IMG/VR virus record: IMGVR_UViG_3300017963_000205
DNA from: an uncultured virus (IMG/VR IMGVR_UViG_3300017963_000205)
Lineage: Duplodnaviria; Heunggongvirae; Uroviricota; Caudoviricetes
DNA: 64,000 nt
Direction: 5' to 3' (one strand)
Part shown: one piece after another, positions 35,803 to 45,675 of the stretch
How positions within the stretch are numbered: position 1 is the stretch's first letter
Layout: every line of letters begins with the position of its first letter
Program-made: the position numbers and the translations under genes
Notes under the pieces: model-generated
What the model was told of the DNA's origin: nothing
Database searches by the model: none
What the model saw: the letters and a program-made list of their open reading frames with translations, nothing else

Positions 35803-38619
35803 ATGCCGTCTTACGTGCTTCCCCAAGTTCTTGTTTACCAGGAATTCACGCAGCAGCCGGCGGCCATCGCTGAGCCGCAGAGCGCGGTCATCGTGGGCGA
35901 GCAGTTCGATCTGCTGCGCTATCCTGATGAGAAAGCAAACATCCGGGTCTCCGACAGTTACGACCCGCTGTCAGAGGAATGCTTCCTCTGGCCCAACCGC
36001 CAGCCCGGCGCTGTCGTCGATCAGACCTACACCAAGGTCTACTTCGAAGACGCGCTGCTGCGCTACTTCAACGACCCGGCGGGCGACGCCAGCATCATTC
36101 GGCACGTGCCCCCGGCTCGCAACCGGATTCGCGCGGAGAGCAAGATCTTCCAGACGGCCAACGGCTTCTCCCGCTCCACGGAACTCTTGCGGGATGTGAA
36201 GATCGGCGACGCCATCCGCATCCGCAGTTCCGCCTGCGGTTCCCCCATCACGCTGTGGAGCACGATCGTCGGCCTCATCGCCGACACGCTCGCAGCCGTC
36301 GTTGACGCGGCAACCGCCGAGGCCGCCAACCAGGCGGCGCTGGTGGCTGGAACCTCCAGCTCCCAGACGGCCGGCTCCGTCAATGATGTCGGAATCAGTT
36401 CCGAAGATGGCAGCACCTACGACGGTCTGGACGACGGGAACCCCTCAGAGACGTACACGATCGACGTCATCAACGGCTCCGTGGGCGGCGACGCCACCAC
36501 GGCGCTGCTGCGCGTGACCAGCGCGTCGGGCAACGACGACGTCGGCGAGGTGACGCCTTCGGCCTTTGGCGTGGCGACGCCCATCGGCTCGCGCGGGCTC
36601 ACTGCAACCTTCATCAACACGACCGGTTCGTCCAGCTCGGGCGGCACGCCCGTTGACCCCGATGACTTCATTCCGGGGCAGCGCTGGGTCGTCACGGTTC
36701 AGCAGGATTTCACCCCGCCGGTGCCCGCAAGCGGCGGCACCTACGGCGGCGCGTCGGACACGACCTACGTGGTCACCGTCTCGCGCGGCGGCAAGTTCAC
36801 CAGCTCCACCAAGCCCCAGATCACGGTCAGCACGACCACGGGCGTGGACCTTTCCGGTCCCACGGACGTGAACGCCAGCGGCACGGCGGTCGTGGTTGGC
36901 ACGCAGGGCGTGACCGTCTCCTTCACGGGCGCGGGGCTGTGCAAGGACGACCGCTACTTCATCGAGGTGACGGCTTCGACGGCAGGCCCGGTCCGCACGC
37001 TGGTGTTGGCCAACAACCTGCCCGAGGGCCTTCGAGGCATCTGCAGCGGAAGCTCCTCAAGCTCCAGCTCCAGCGCGGCTGTGGGGCCGGATCTCGAAGT
37101 CACGCTGTACATCAAGAAGGACATCGAGGTCGAGGAGAACCGCACGGGCTTTGCCCCGCTGGTCAACTGGGAGCAGTCCGAGACGGAAATCTGCATCAAA
37201 CCCGGAATCGTGGCTTACGACGCCGAGTGGCAGTCCGGCGGCACGATGGTGGCGCTGCCCGTCGAGGACGGCATCATCTACGTGCAGCACAGGGACAGGC
37301 TTACGGACAACTGCTCGGCGGTCGGCTCGATCTCCGACGTGGGCGACGTGGCCGATACGCTGGGCACCATTGACCCGGACAACCCGTTGGCTTTCGGCGT
37401 CTACAAGGCGTTGCAGAATGCCAGCGGCAGCGATGTCTACTACCTGGGCGTCTGTTCCAGTTCCCCGCTGACGCTGGAAGATTGGCTGGAGGCACTGGAG
37501 ATCCTGGGCGGGCGCGAGGACGTTTACTCGCTCGTTCCGATGACGCAGGACCAGGAAGTGCTTCAGGCGTGCCAGACCCACATCGAGGCCCAGTCGGCGG
37601 CGGACGTGGGGCGCTGGCGGATTGGCTGGTTCAACATGGCCGCCGAGCCCGTTGCGGCGATCTACACCACCTCGCAGGCTTCGGGAGCCCTTCCGGGCAC
37701 CCCGGTTCTGGCCACCATCGAGGATGATCCCGACACCAGCGGCACGCAGTACACGCTGGTCGAGGCCATCGGCGAGCAGTTTGTGACCGGGGGCGTGCGC
37801 GCGGGCGACACCTGCCGGGCGCTTTACACGGGTGACGGGTTCGGGAACGAGACCTACACCGAGTTCGTGATCGACGCGGTGATCAACGAGGAAACCCTTC
37901 GTTTGGCCTCCGGTCCGAGCGCGGCCGTCACGGTCCCTAGCAAGATCGAGATCCACAGAACGCTGACTCGCACCGAGTTGGCGCAGGATCTGGCCACCAA
38001 CCCCGGGATCTTCTCCAGCCGGCGCATCTATCTGGTCTGGCCGGACGAGGTGGGGAACGCCGGTGAAACCTTTGCCGGGTACTACCTGTGCGCGGGTCTT
38101 GCGGGACTGCGGTCGAGCGTGCTGCCCCATCAGGGGCTGACCAACGTCGAGCTGCTCGGCTTCGACGACCTGTCCCGGACCACGGAGTACATGAGTTCCA
38201 GCCAGCTGGACACCATGGCGGCGTCCGGTTACTGGATCGTGACCCAGGACCCCAACGACGGGACGGTCTTCACCCGCCATCAGCTCTCGACGGGCGACCA
38301 GAGCAACATCAACGAGAAGGAACAGAACATCACCACGAACGTGGACAGCATGAGCCGTGGGTTCCTGCTGACCCTGAAGCCCTTCATCGGGCGGGGCAAC
38401 GTGACGCCCACCATGCTCAACATCCTTCGGGGTGAGATTGTGGGTAAGATCGAGGAGTACAAGAACACCATCGTGGTGGACCGGCTGGGACCACAGCTGA
38501 TTGGCGCCGAGATCCTTGAGATCTCGGTTCACCCGACGCTGGCCGACCGCATCGTGGCTCGCATCAGTCTGGACGTGCCGGAGCCGTTCAACAACCTGGA
38601 GCTGCACCTGATCGTCTAA
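35803..38619 (+). CDS. contractile tail sheath protein
   Basis: N-terminal Y..P.V.V.QEF; C-terminal RHQLST...E.NIT.NVD...FIGR.NVT... and P.PFNNLEL.L; 938 aa with inserted beta domains. Confidence 0.8.
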   Translation: MPSYVLPQVLVYQEFTQQPAAIAEPQSAVIVGEQFDLLRYPDEKANIRVSDSYDPLSEECFLWPNRQPGAVVDQTYTKVYFEDALLRYFNDPAGDASIIRHVPPARNRIRAESKIFQTANGFSRSTELLRDVKIGDAIRIRSSACGSPITLWSTIVGLIADTLAAVVDAATAEAANQAALVAGTSSSQTAGSVNDVGISSEDGSTYDGLDDGNPSETYTIDVINGSVGGDATTALLRVTSASGNDDVGEVTPSAFGVATPIGSRGLTATFINTTGSSSSGGTPVDPDDFIPGQRWVVTVQQDFTPPVPASGGTYGGASDTTYVVTVSRGGKFTSSTKPQITVSTTTGVDLSGPTDVNASGTAVVVGTQGVTVSFTGAGLCKDDRYFIEVTASTAGPVRTLVLANNLPEGLRGICSGSSSSSSSSAAVGPDLEVTLYIKKDIEVEENRTGFAPLVNWEQSETEICIKPGIVAYDAEWQSGGTMVALPVEDGIIYVQHRDRLTDNCSAVGSISDVGDVADTLGTIDPDNPLAFGVYKALQNASGSDVYYLGVCSSSPLTLEDWLEALEILGGREDVYSLVPMTQDQEVLQACQTHIEAQSAADVGRWRIGWFNMAAEPVAAIYTTSQASGALPGTPVLATIEDDPDTSGTQYTLVEAIGEQFVTGGVRAGDTCRALYTGDGFGNETYTEFVIDAVINEETLRLASGPSAAVTVPSKIEIHRTLTRTELAQDLATNPGIFSSRRIYLVWPDEVGNAGETFAGYYLCAGLAGLRSSVLPHQGLTNVELLGFDDLSRTTEYMSSSQLDTMAASGYWIVTQDPNDGTVFTRHQLSTGDQSNINEKEQNITTNVDSMSRGFLLTLKPFIGRGNVTPTMLNILRGEIVGKIEEYKNTIVVDRLGPQLIGAEILEISVHPTLADRIVARISLDVPEPFNNLELHLIV

Positions 38620-38630
38620 CGGAGGCAGAA

Positions 38631-39170
38631 ATGCCTTTTAAGAGCGAGTCCCAGCGCAAGTACATGTACGCTCGGCATCCCGAGATTGCCAAGCGTTGGC
38701 AGAAGCACACGCCCAAAGGCAAGAAGCTGCCGAAGCGCGTGGGCAAGAAGAAGCGCGAGAAGAAGGGCGCTTTTGAGCTGGGCTTCGCCGTCGGTTACAA
38801 GCAGGCGGCTGGTCGTCGTTCCGGGGATGTTCGAGGTCTTGTTGCAGGCGTCACGGGCCTGGGCCGCGCGATGAAGAGCTTCTTCGGGCTGGGGCCCAAG
38901 TCCATAGCCAAAAGGCCCTCTGTGACGTCCAACCTTGGGACGGCACAGCCGACAGCACAAGCGGCGCCAGCGCCGGCAGTGTCAACGAGAGCACCGGCGG
39001 CAACGGCAGCAACAGCGGCGTCGCCACAGAAACAGCTGGCGGATGTTCAGGCTCAGATTCAGACGCTCCAGGCGCAAGGACCCAGCCTGGAACTGATGAA
39101 GCTGGAGCAGCAGAAGCGCAAACTGGAGGCTCAGCTGAAGGGATACCGGACAACCATGGGGATGCAGTAA
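38631..39170 (+). CDS. basic putative internal virion protein
   Basis: Highly basic N-module MPFKSESQRKYMYARHPEIAKRWQKHTP..KKLP; then AFELGFAVGYKQA. Confidence 0.6.
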   Translation: MPFKSESQRKYMYARHPEIAKRWQKHTPKGKKLPKRVGKKKREKKGAFELGFAVGYKQAAGRRSGDVRGLVAGVTGLGRAMKSFFGLGPKSIAKRPSVTSNLGTAQPTAQAAPAPAVSTRAPAATAATAASPQKQLADVQAQIQTLQAQGPSLELMKLEQQKRKLEAQLKGYRTTMGMQ

Positions 39171-39658
39171 TGGACAAAGCGGGAGCCTTCCTGATCAAAC
39201 AGGCCATTGCCACGGCTGACATCCAGATGGAGGCCATGCGCCGCAAGGCTTTGGAGCGGCAGCGTCGGGCCGAGATCGAGGCCCAACAGTTGGAGGACAT
39301 CTTGTCCTCCTACGAGACCAGTCAGGGCGACCCTCTTTTGCGGGGACTCGTTGGTGGCGGCGTTGGTGCTGGAGTTGGCGCGGGCGCGGGGCTGGGACTT
39401 GCTCGTCTCGCCGGCACGAAGGGCAGATGGCCCGCACTCGCTGGAGGCGTACTGGGCGGTCTCGGTTTGGGCGCATTGACAGCAACGGCGCCGGCCTCGC
39501 ATCGCCAGTACCTTGAAGAAGTTGCTGCGGGGGCGCCCATCATGGTTGCTCCAGAAACGCCTCGGCCAGAATCGCTTTTTGGCGAGGAGGAAGCTCTGGA
39601 AGAAGAGTGGCCCGCGTCACCACGTGTTCGAAAGCTGGTTCGTCGTTTGACACGGTAG
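39170..39658 (+). CDS. glycine-zipper protein with FLIKQA leader
   Basis: MDKAGAFLIKQA; GLVGGGVGAGVGAGAGLG and LAGGVLGGLGLG segments. Confidence 0.6.
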   Translation: MDKAGAFLIKQAIATADIQMEAMRRKALERQRRAEIEAQQLEDILSSYETSQGDPLLRGLVGGGVGAGVGAGAGLGLARLAGTKGRWPALAGGVLGGLGLGALTATAPASHRQYLEEVAAGAPIMVAPETPRPESLFGEEEALEEEWPASPRVRKLVRRLTR

Positions 39659-39672
39659 ACAGGAGATGAGCG

Positions 39673-40122
39673 ATGGCTCGTGACGTTTTCAATCGAGAAG
39701 TTGATTTGGGTCAGCCCCTTGCGGCGGACGCCACTCGTCTGCTGTTTTCCGGCGTCTCGAACGAGGACCTGTTGGTCCAGAACGTGCAGTTGACCTATGC
39801 ACAGAACATCAACCGGCTCTGGGAAGTCGGCTCTTCCAAGACCATCTTCATTGCGGGCCGCACGCGCGGCTCGATCACGATCGCTCGCGTTGTGGGCGGC
39901 CGTGGTGTCTCGACGGAGTTCATCCAGAAGTACGGCGATGTCTGTAACATGGCCAACAACATTTTGGCCTTCACCTTCGAGGCAGGCTGCGAAGACGGGT
40001 CGCAGGTTGGGAAGATCACCGCCTCCGGCGTGGTCATCGAATCGATTGCCTACTCGGTGGCAGCCAGCGACATGATCGTCAATGAGCAGCTGACGGCCCT
40101 TTTCGCCCGCTTGGAACTCTAA
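39673..40122 (+). CDS. tail tube protein
   Basis: 149 aa beta-rich protein downstream of the sheath; LVQNVQLTY.QNINRLWEVGS...G...G.ITI.RVVG tube-like pattern. Confidence 0.7.
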   Translation: MARDVFNREVDLGQPLAADATRLLFSGVSNEDLLVQNVQLTYAQNINRLWEVGSSKTIFIAGRTRGSITIARVVGGRGVSTEFIQKYGDVCNMANNILAFTFEAGCEDGSQVGKITASGVVIESIAYSVAASDMIVNEQLTALFARLEL

Positions 40123-40173
40123 GCGGGCATTCGGCGGCGTAAGTCGTCATTGAGCAGCAGATGAGGTAGCCCC

Positions 40174-42843
40174 GTGTCCAACGGTAATGGAAACGGGCGC
40201 GACCAGGAAAGCCCGTTTCAGCCCAAGGGCGCGCCCACCTTCGCTGTCGTCCAGCTTCTGGACGCCTATGCGCACACGGGGGCCTATCTGGTCCGTCCTC
40301 CCGGCAGTGCTCCCCGGCCCGCGCGCGACGTCTTCAATCTGCTCCCAGGCACGCCGCTTGGCGCCCGCCCCCTTGGCGGATACCAGCCCAAAAGCGATGT
40401 GCTGATCATGTATTGGCCCGAGGACGAACACGCTTACGTGCTCGGCACGGTGCCTCAGTCCCTCTCCGATTCGTCACTCATTCTTCCCGACTCGATGGTC
40501 ATGCGAAGCTGCGTGGGCCAATTCGAAGACGCGCTTCACTATTCGGCGCTCTCGGGCGGCAAGACCGTGGCAGGGAACTTCTCGGCCGGTCGTCCTTCCG
40601 ACACGCTGCCCGGCGACAGCGGCTGGATGAATGAGTTGGGCGTGGCCGTTTGGATCTCCAAGGCCATGGCGTGCTTGCGTGCCAGTGACGCGGCGAAGAT
40701 TGAAGCCTTCTGGGGCGACGACCTGCTGCGGCTGGTGGGCTACAACCTCGAAACCTTCACCTCTGGCTCCGACCGCTTCCAGTTCAGCGACGGCGGCGAG
40801 TACGTGGATGTCGAACGCTATTCCCCGTTTACCTGGGAAGCCATGGGCATTGCCGTCCCGCAAAGCGCCTGGGGTGAACTCGTAGGCGGCGAGCTGAAGG
40901 CCAAATCCGTCATTGCCCGCCACGAGCCGTGGGATCGGGACCAGGACATCATCCCGCGCGTCACACGGCTGCGCGGCTACCTCGGCGACGTGGACCGGGA
41001 GATTCTCTCGGTGCCCAATCCCAAGCTGCCCAACGGGCGAGAGCGCCAGGAAAACGCGACCGTTCACATGGGCGTGCTGGACATCCACAAGGACTTGAAC
41101 GGTTCCTACGCCCTGCGTAGCGCCAAAGAGGTGCTGTTCGAGAAGACCATCCTGATCCCGGTCCCGAAGCTGATGCGCCGCCCGGACGACACGCAGGGGG
41201 ACCGCACGGCCCGGGACGAGGAAGGACAGGTCAGCGGATACATTCCCGCCGGGATCGACGACTACTCGATGCCGGAGTTCGTCTTTGGCGGTGAGGCGGG
41301 TGAGGGCGGGGAAGAGGCACCGCCCGAGAACGCAGGCATCTACCCCGCACAGATTTTCGACGCCCACTCATGGCTCTTCAACAAGTACATCATCGAAGGG
41401 CTCAATGCCCACGAGAAGGACTGGTATCTCCCGAATGAGGAAGATCTTGGCACACTCAGCGACTTCATGAAGCGGGGAATCATCGATCCTGCCGTCATCA
41501 ATATCGGCCACAAATTCATTGCCGACTTCCCCGCTGTGGGCAATCTCACCATTGATACCCGCAAGGAACACACGGTCCGGTACTACCGCTCCCGCTCCAT
41601 GTTCAAGATGCATGACGACGGTTCGGTCACGATCGAGAGTGGTTATGGTTCCCAGATCCATCTGAACAGTTCCGTGTTCGTGACGGCGCCCGGTGACGTG
41701 TGGGCGCAGCCCGGCCGTTCGTTCGTGTGCTGGGCGCCTTTCGACGCCATCTTGCGGGCCGGCAACTGCGCCGACATCAGCGCGGCGGCGGGTGATGTCC
41801 GCCTCAAGGCCGACCGGAACATGCAGGTGCTCTGCGGCAACTCGGGCACGGGCGGCATGCTGTTCGAGTGCAAGGCTGAGGGGCTCTCACGCACGGCAGA
41901 CTACACCAACGACGGCGCGCGCGTGCAGGGGCACGGCATCACGTTCAAGGCGCTTGGTTCTTCGGTTCACAGCTTTGCCAGGGAAACGCATCTCGGCATG
42001 GCGCCGGGGATTGTAGGCCGCATGACGTTCGACGCCGGGCTGGGCGAGATGGTCCTGCTTGGAGCCGGTATTCGGCAGCGCGCCCGGGCGGTGGCCTCAA
42101 CCACCATCAAGCCGTCCGACACGGCGCCTGACGCACAGTCCTTTGCGCTGACAACCAACGGCAGCATGCTCTCCGGCCCGCTGGTTGTGGGTGAGTACCT
42201 GGAAATCGCGCCGGGCGATCTGGCGGCCGGGTTCCTGTTCGTGGGCGGCTCGCTCGTGGTTCACGGCACCGGGCGCTTCAAGGAGTCCGTGGTTACCAAC
42301 GGATCGCTGGCCCAGCGCATTGGCGGCAACTTCGTGGGCGAGCTGGAAGAGGACCTGGAGTTCGACCCCTCCGCCGACAAGATGGAGGAGAACCTCAAGA
42401 AGTCCGAATCGGATCTGCTCTCCGCGCTGTCACGGACCTTGGAAGTCGTTACGGCGGACGGCCGGCCGGGCAATTTCAACTTCCCGGGGAAGATCGGCTT
42501 TTCGTTCCGGGACACCGAGCAGGACCTGTTTCTCGACTCCAGCTTCGTAATCTATGAGAGCCGCTGGCAGCAGCTGTTTCGCGTGAGTGGCGTCGGCAAT
42601 CCCTGGTTGGAGCCTGAAGTGGAAAGCCCCAACGGCCAGCCCACGCGCCCGCATCCGGGGCAGAAGGGCTGGGCCACCGATGAGGCATACGCAACCGTCG
42701 AACTGAAGAACTTCGACATGTCAGAGGGTCGCTCAAAGAATCGAGCGACGATAGCTGAGGGCGGCAAGGAAGGCAATCCGCCCGACAAGGCTACATTGGA
42801 GAAGGGTTACAAGGTAACCGTTCCATCAGCAGCGGGAGGCTAA
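40174..42843 (+). CDS. putative baseplate central spike (gp5/VgrG-like)
   Basis: N-terminal OB-like segment (V.I.....YVLG) and later beta-helix-like repeats (SMFKMHDDGSVTIESGYGSQIHL..., DISA..GDVRLKA). Confidence 0.5.
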   Translation: MSNGNGNGRDQESPFQPKGAPTFAVVQLLDAYAHTGAYLVRPPGSAPRPARDVFNLLPGTPLGARPLGGYQPKSDVLIMYWPEDEHAYVLGTVPQSLSDSSLILPDSMVMRSCVGQFEDALHYSALSGGKTVAGNFSAGRPSDTLPGDSGWMNELGVAVWISKAMACLRASDAAKIEAFWGDDLLRLVGYNLETFTSGSDRFQFSDGGEYVDVERYSPFTWEAMGIAVPQSAWGELVGGELKAKSVIARHEPWDRDQDIIPRVTRLRGYLGDVDREILSVPNPKLPNGRERQENATVHMGVLDIHKDLNGSYALRSAKEVLFEKTILIPVPKLMRRPDDTQGDRTARDEEGQVSGYIPAGIDDYSMPEFVFGGEAGEGGEEAPPENAGIYPAQIFDAHSWLFNKYIIEGLNAHEKDWYLPNEEDLGTLSDFMKRGIIDPAVINIGHKFIADFPAVGNLTIDTRKEHTVRYYRSRSMFKMHDDGSVTIESGYGSQIHLNSSVFVTAPGDVWAQPGRSFVCWAPFDAILRAGNCADISAAAGDVRLKADRNMQVLCGNSGTGGMLFECKAEGLSRTADYTNDGARVQGHGITFKALGSSVHSFARETHLGMAPGIVGRMTFDAGLGEMVLLGAGIRQRARAVASTTIKPSDTAPDAQSFALTTNGSMLSGPLVVGEYLEIAPGDLAAGFLFVGGSLVVHGTGRFKESVVTNGSLAQRIGGNFVGELEEDLEFDPSADKMEENLKKSESDLLSALSRTLEVVTADGRPGNFNFPGKIGFSFRDTEQDLFLDSSFVIYESRWQQLFRVSGVGNPWLEPEVESPNGQPTRPHPGQKGWATDEAYATVELKNFDMSEGRSKNRATIAEGGKEGNPPDKATLEKGYKVTVPSAAGG

Positions 42844-42844
42844 C

Positions 42845-43483
42845 ATGCCTGAACTCAGTCAGCCCCAACTGGGGCGCAAGCCCAACATTCCTCCGGTCGT
42901 GCCGCTTGATCAGGCACCGTCGGACAAGAAGGATGAGTACAAGGACCTTTTCGAGGCTGCCAAGGAGGCTGAAGCCGGCGATCCGGTCGCGCCGACGCAC
43001 GATGACACCCAGCCGAAGCCTGTCGATCCGCTGACCCCCAAGCCCACCGAGCCTGAGATCAGCCCTGAGGACAAGTTGGCTTTCGTGGAGTCCATTCTGG
43101 GTGAGAAGCCCTACGCCAAAAGCTACAAGCTCTTCGGCGACAAGGTCGACGCGACCTTTCAGGACCGCACGGTCGAGGACTCGGAGGCGGTCTACAAGCA
43201 GCTCGACGAGGACTACGAGAAGGGCGCGATCAAGTCCGACGAGCAGTGGCAGGTTGCTCTGGAGCGCTACCAGATGGCTGCCGGATTGCAGTCCTTCGTG
43301 CTTGCCGGCTCCAAGGGCGCCTTCGACATGGGCGGCTCGTTTCAGGAGCGGTTGACACGCCTGATGACGCTTCCCACGCCCGTGTACCGCGCGCTCATGG
43401 CGGCGTCGCGCAAGTTCGAAGAGGAGGTCAACTTCCTGGTCGGAAAGGCCGACGATCCGGATTTTTGGGCGGCCGATGGGTAA
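42845..43483 (+). CDS. tail assembly chaperone (G-like)
   Basis: Acidic 212 aa protein ending DDPDFWAADG with a slippery GGATTTTT just before the stop. Confidence 0.65.
   Translation: MPELSQPQLGRKPNIPPVVPLDQAPSDKKDEYKDLFEAAKEAEAGDPVAPTHDDTQPKPVDPLTPKPTEPEISPEDKLAFVESILGEKPYAKSYKLFGDKVDATFQDRTVEDSEAVYKQLDEDYEKGAIKSDEQWQVALERYQMAAGLQSFVLAGSKGAFDMGGSFQERLTRLMTLPTPVYRALMAASRKFEEEVNFLVGKADDPDFWAADG
43459..43466 (+). other. putative -1 programmed ribosomal frameshift site
   Basis: G GAT TTT T; the -1 frame stays open to 43980. Confidence 0.65.
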
Positions 43484-43980
43484 GGCTGTGTGTTCACGCT
43501 CACACCATCGGCAGTCTCGACTTCAGTAAGGCGAATCGCAAGGACGCCTACTGGAGGATCAAACGCAATTGGGTGCTTGGCGACATCGAAGAGGATTTCG
43601 TCAGCCGTCTCAACGTCATGGCCCACGACTGGCACTGCGCGGCAGCCCAGCTCGTGGAGTGGGATGAACATGAGGAACGCTTCGAGTTCCATCGCAGGGA
43701 GGCCCGCAAGACATTCAACGCCGTGGGAAAAAGCCTTCTCCCATGGTATAAGCAATGGGAAACCGGGTCGGAAAAGCCGATCGCGCAGCTGTGGAAAGAG
43801 TTCAAGGAGCGTGAGAAGGACCCGGTGTACAAGGCCAAGCTCGACAAGATTCGCTCCGAGCTTCGCCAGAAGAGCGACAGCGCCGATGCCGAGGCTGCGG
43901 CAGCAGAACACGCGCGCGCGGCATATTCTGAACTTCACCGGCGGAGGCGGAAAGCACAGGCGCGTGGGAGGCGGCGTTAA
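43460..43980 (+). CDS. frameshift extension of the tail chaperone (T-like)
   Basis: Open -1 frame FLGGRWVRLCVHAHTIGSLDFS... with no convincing own start or RBS. Confidence 0.6.
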
Positions 43981-44228
43981 TGGTTAAGATCAAATACTCC
44001 TGTGCGCTGTGCGGCATCAACAAGCGCGAACTCGAAGTGAATCCGCGCGACCCGGAACGAGACGTCGTGGCATGGGTGGACTCGTTGAAGGGGCCGCTTT
44101 TGATTGATCACTCCATGCAGTCCCCGCAGTGTCCGGCCACAACCATCACTGAACTGATGATCCCTGCAGAAGGTGAGTACGTCGGTCAGGACGGGACCGG
44201 GTACGCAGAGGAGGCGCCGAATGCCTGA
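43980..44228 (+). CDS. small putative Zn-binding protein
   Basis: CALC...H...C motif; TAATG coupling to the upstream stop. Confidence 0.55.
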   Translation: MVKIKYSCALCGINKRELEVNPRDPERDVVAWVDSLKGPLLIDHSMQSPQCPATTITELMIPAEGEYVGQDGTGYAEEAPNA

Positions 44229-45675
44229 CTTTGCAAAGAACAGACCTTCGGAGCGAAGAGCCCCCGCGCGGGCGAAGGCGCCGCTGCGCAAGCGGCCCGA
44301 TCTTCCCGTCTCAAAGGGCAGGATGCCCAAACGGCTGCCCAAACCCGGTCAGACGCGTCAGGTCCGCAGTGGCGAGCGTCCGCTGGCCATGTTCCGCAAA
44401 CTGCTTCAGGATTTTCAGAATGGGGTGTCGGCGCTGAAGGGGCTCTCGAAGCTGCAGCCCTCTACTAGTCCTATGTCATCTTTAATGGCGCCTTTCACAA
44501 CTTCGTTAAAAAAAGTTTCAAATTTGTCAGAAAGGACTCCGAATTCTTCGGAACGGATTCCGATATTAAGGGGCAAAGGTGTCACGCTTCCAACAATAAC
44601 CAGGGGAAAACCCCTCGTTCGATTCACCCCCACGCCAGGCCCGATGCGGGAAGCGCCGATCCCAGCAAGGCTTAAGTCCCCTCCCCGCACTCCCTCTCCG
44701 CAGATGCCTAGCGGAGTGCGCGCATACCAGCGCCCGCTCGCCCGACAGCAGTACCACACCAGGACACTTGGAGCCGATCGGGAGGCCCAGCAACAGGTAC
44801 TCGACGGCGAATACACCGGGTCGGTGCACCATATGCCGTCGGCAGCCCGGCTGGCGCAGATCCTCCGAACCGAGTCCCTGATCAGATCCGGCGAAGCCCA
44901 GCCCAACGGGACGGTCTTCGCACTTGCGCAGGCAATTCGTGAGGGCCGGCGGCGCGAAGTGGCGGACCTGAACCCGGAAGTCGTTCAGAATGCCCTCTCC
45001 TCCGCGCTGGGAGGGCCTACACGGGCCAAACAGCTGCTAAATGATCCGATCACACATCGGCTTATTACGCGCCACCAGATCGCCTTAGAATCGCTGCAAA
45101 GGGACCTTCGCGTCCTCGATCCTCAGCGCGCACGAGTAGGCTCCGCTGGCGCATCAACGCACATGCTTGCGGGCCGTGTGCGCGCCGGGCAGGACCCTCG
45201 TGCGCCTAAGTTCACGCCTCCATCCCCGGCCCTTGTCAGTGCCGCGTCACACATGGGGCCCGGTTCCACTGTGGCGCATCCCAACCCACCCACTGGGTCG
45301 GGGGTGGAGACCAACTTACAGGAAATGATCACGGTCAACGAGGCGCCTCATCTCAACGAGGTGGCCATGCATGAGCGTGAAAGGTTGCAGAATGGCTTGC
45401 AGACCAGCGGTGAGGCGCCGCCCAAGTCCGAATTTTCCCCCAGACAGCATGGGGCGTCGTATTCGCCAATAGGCGCCAGTGCCACGCGCTCACCCATCGC
45501 ATCCTTCATCGACGCACCCAAACCCCAGCCGCGCGCGCAGGCGGTCGGGGCTAATGAGGACAAAAACAGGGAAGTTCAGCGAGAACAGAAGGTTACAGGC
45601 ACCTTCAAACTTCGTGGCCATAACAACCAGGTACTGGGAATCGTAGAACTCGAAGATGGCGAGATCATGAGCTGA
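44221..45675 (+). CDS. basic Pro/Arg/Ser-rich protein in the tape-measure position
   Basis: GAGGAGG RBS before ATG 44221; low complexity, atypical codon usage; C-terminal KVTGTFKLRG beta motif. Confidence 0.5.
   Translation: MPDFAKNRPSERRAPARAKAPLRKRPDLPVSKGRMPKRLPKPGQTRQVRSGERPLAMFRKLLQDFQNGVSALKGLSKLQPSTSPMSSLMAPFTTSLKKVSNLSERTPNSSERIPILRGKGVTLPTITRGKPLVRFTPTPGPMREAPIPARLKSPPRTPSPQMPSGVRAYQRPLARQQYHTRTLGADREAQQQVLDGEYTGSVHHMPSAARLAQILRTESLIRSGEAQPNGTVFALAQAIREGRRREVADLNPEVVQNALSSALGGPTRAKQLLNDPITHRLITRHQIALESLQRDLRVLDPQRARVGSAGASTHMLAGRVRAGQDPRAPKFTPPSPALVSAASHMGPGSTVAHPNPPTGSGVETNLQEMITVNEAPHLNEVAMHERERLQNGLQTSGEAPPKSEFSPRQHGASYSPIGASATRSPIASFIDAPKPQPRAQAVGANEDKNREVQREQKVTGTFKLRGHNNQVLGIVELEDGEIMS

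Noticed and set aside
37057..38607. Long minus-strand ORFs (here and at 17332, 23321, 47372, 52488 and others)
   Set aside because: All overlap well-supported + strand genes in a uniformly co-directional region; typical high-GC shadow frames
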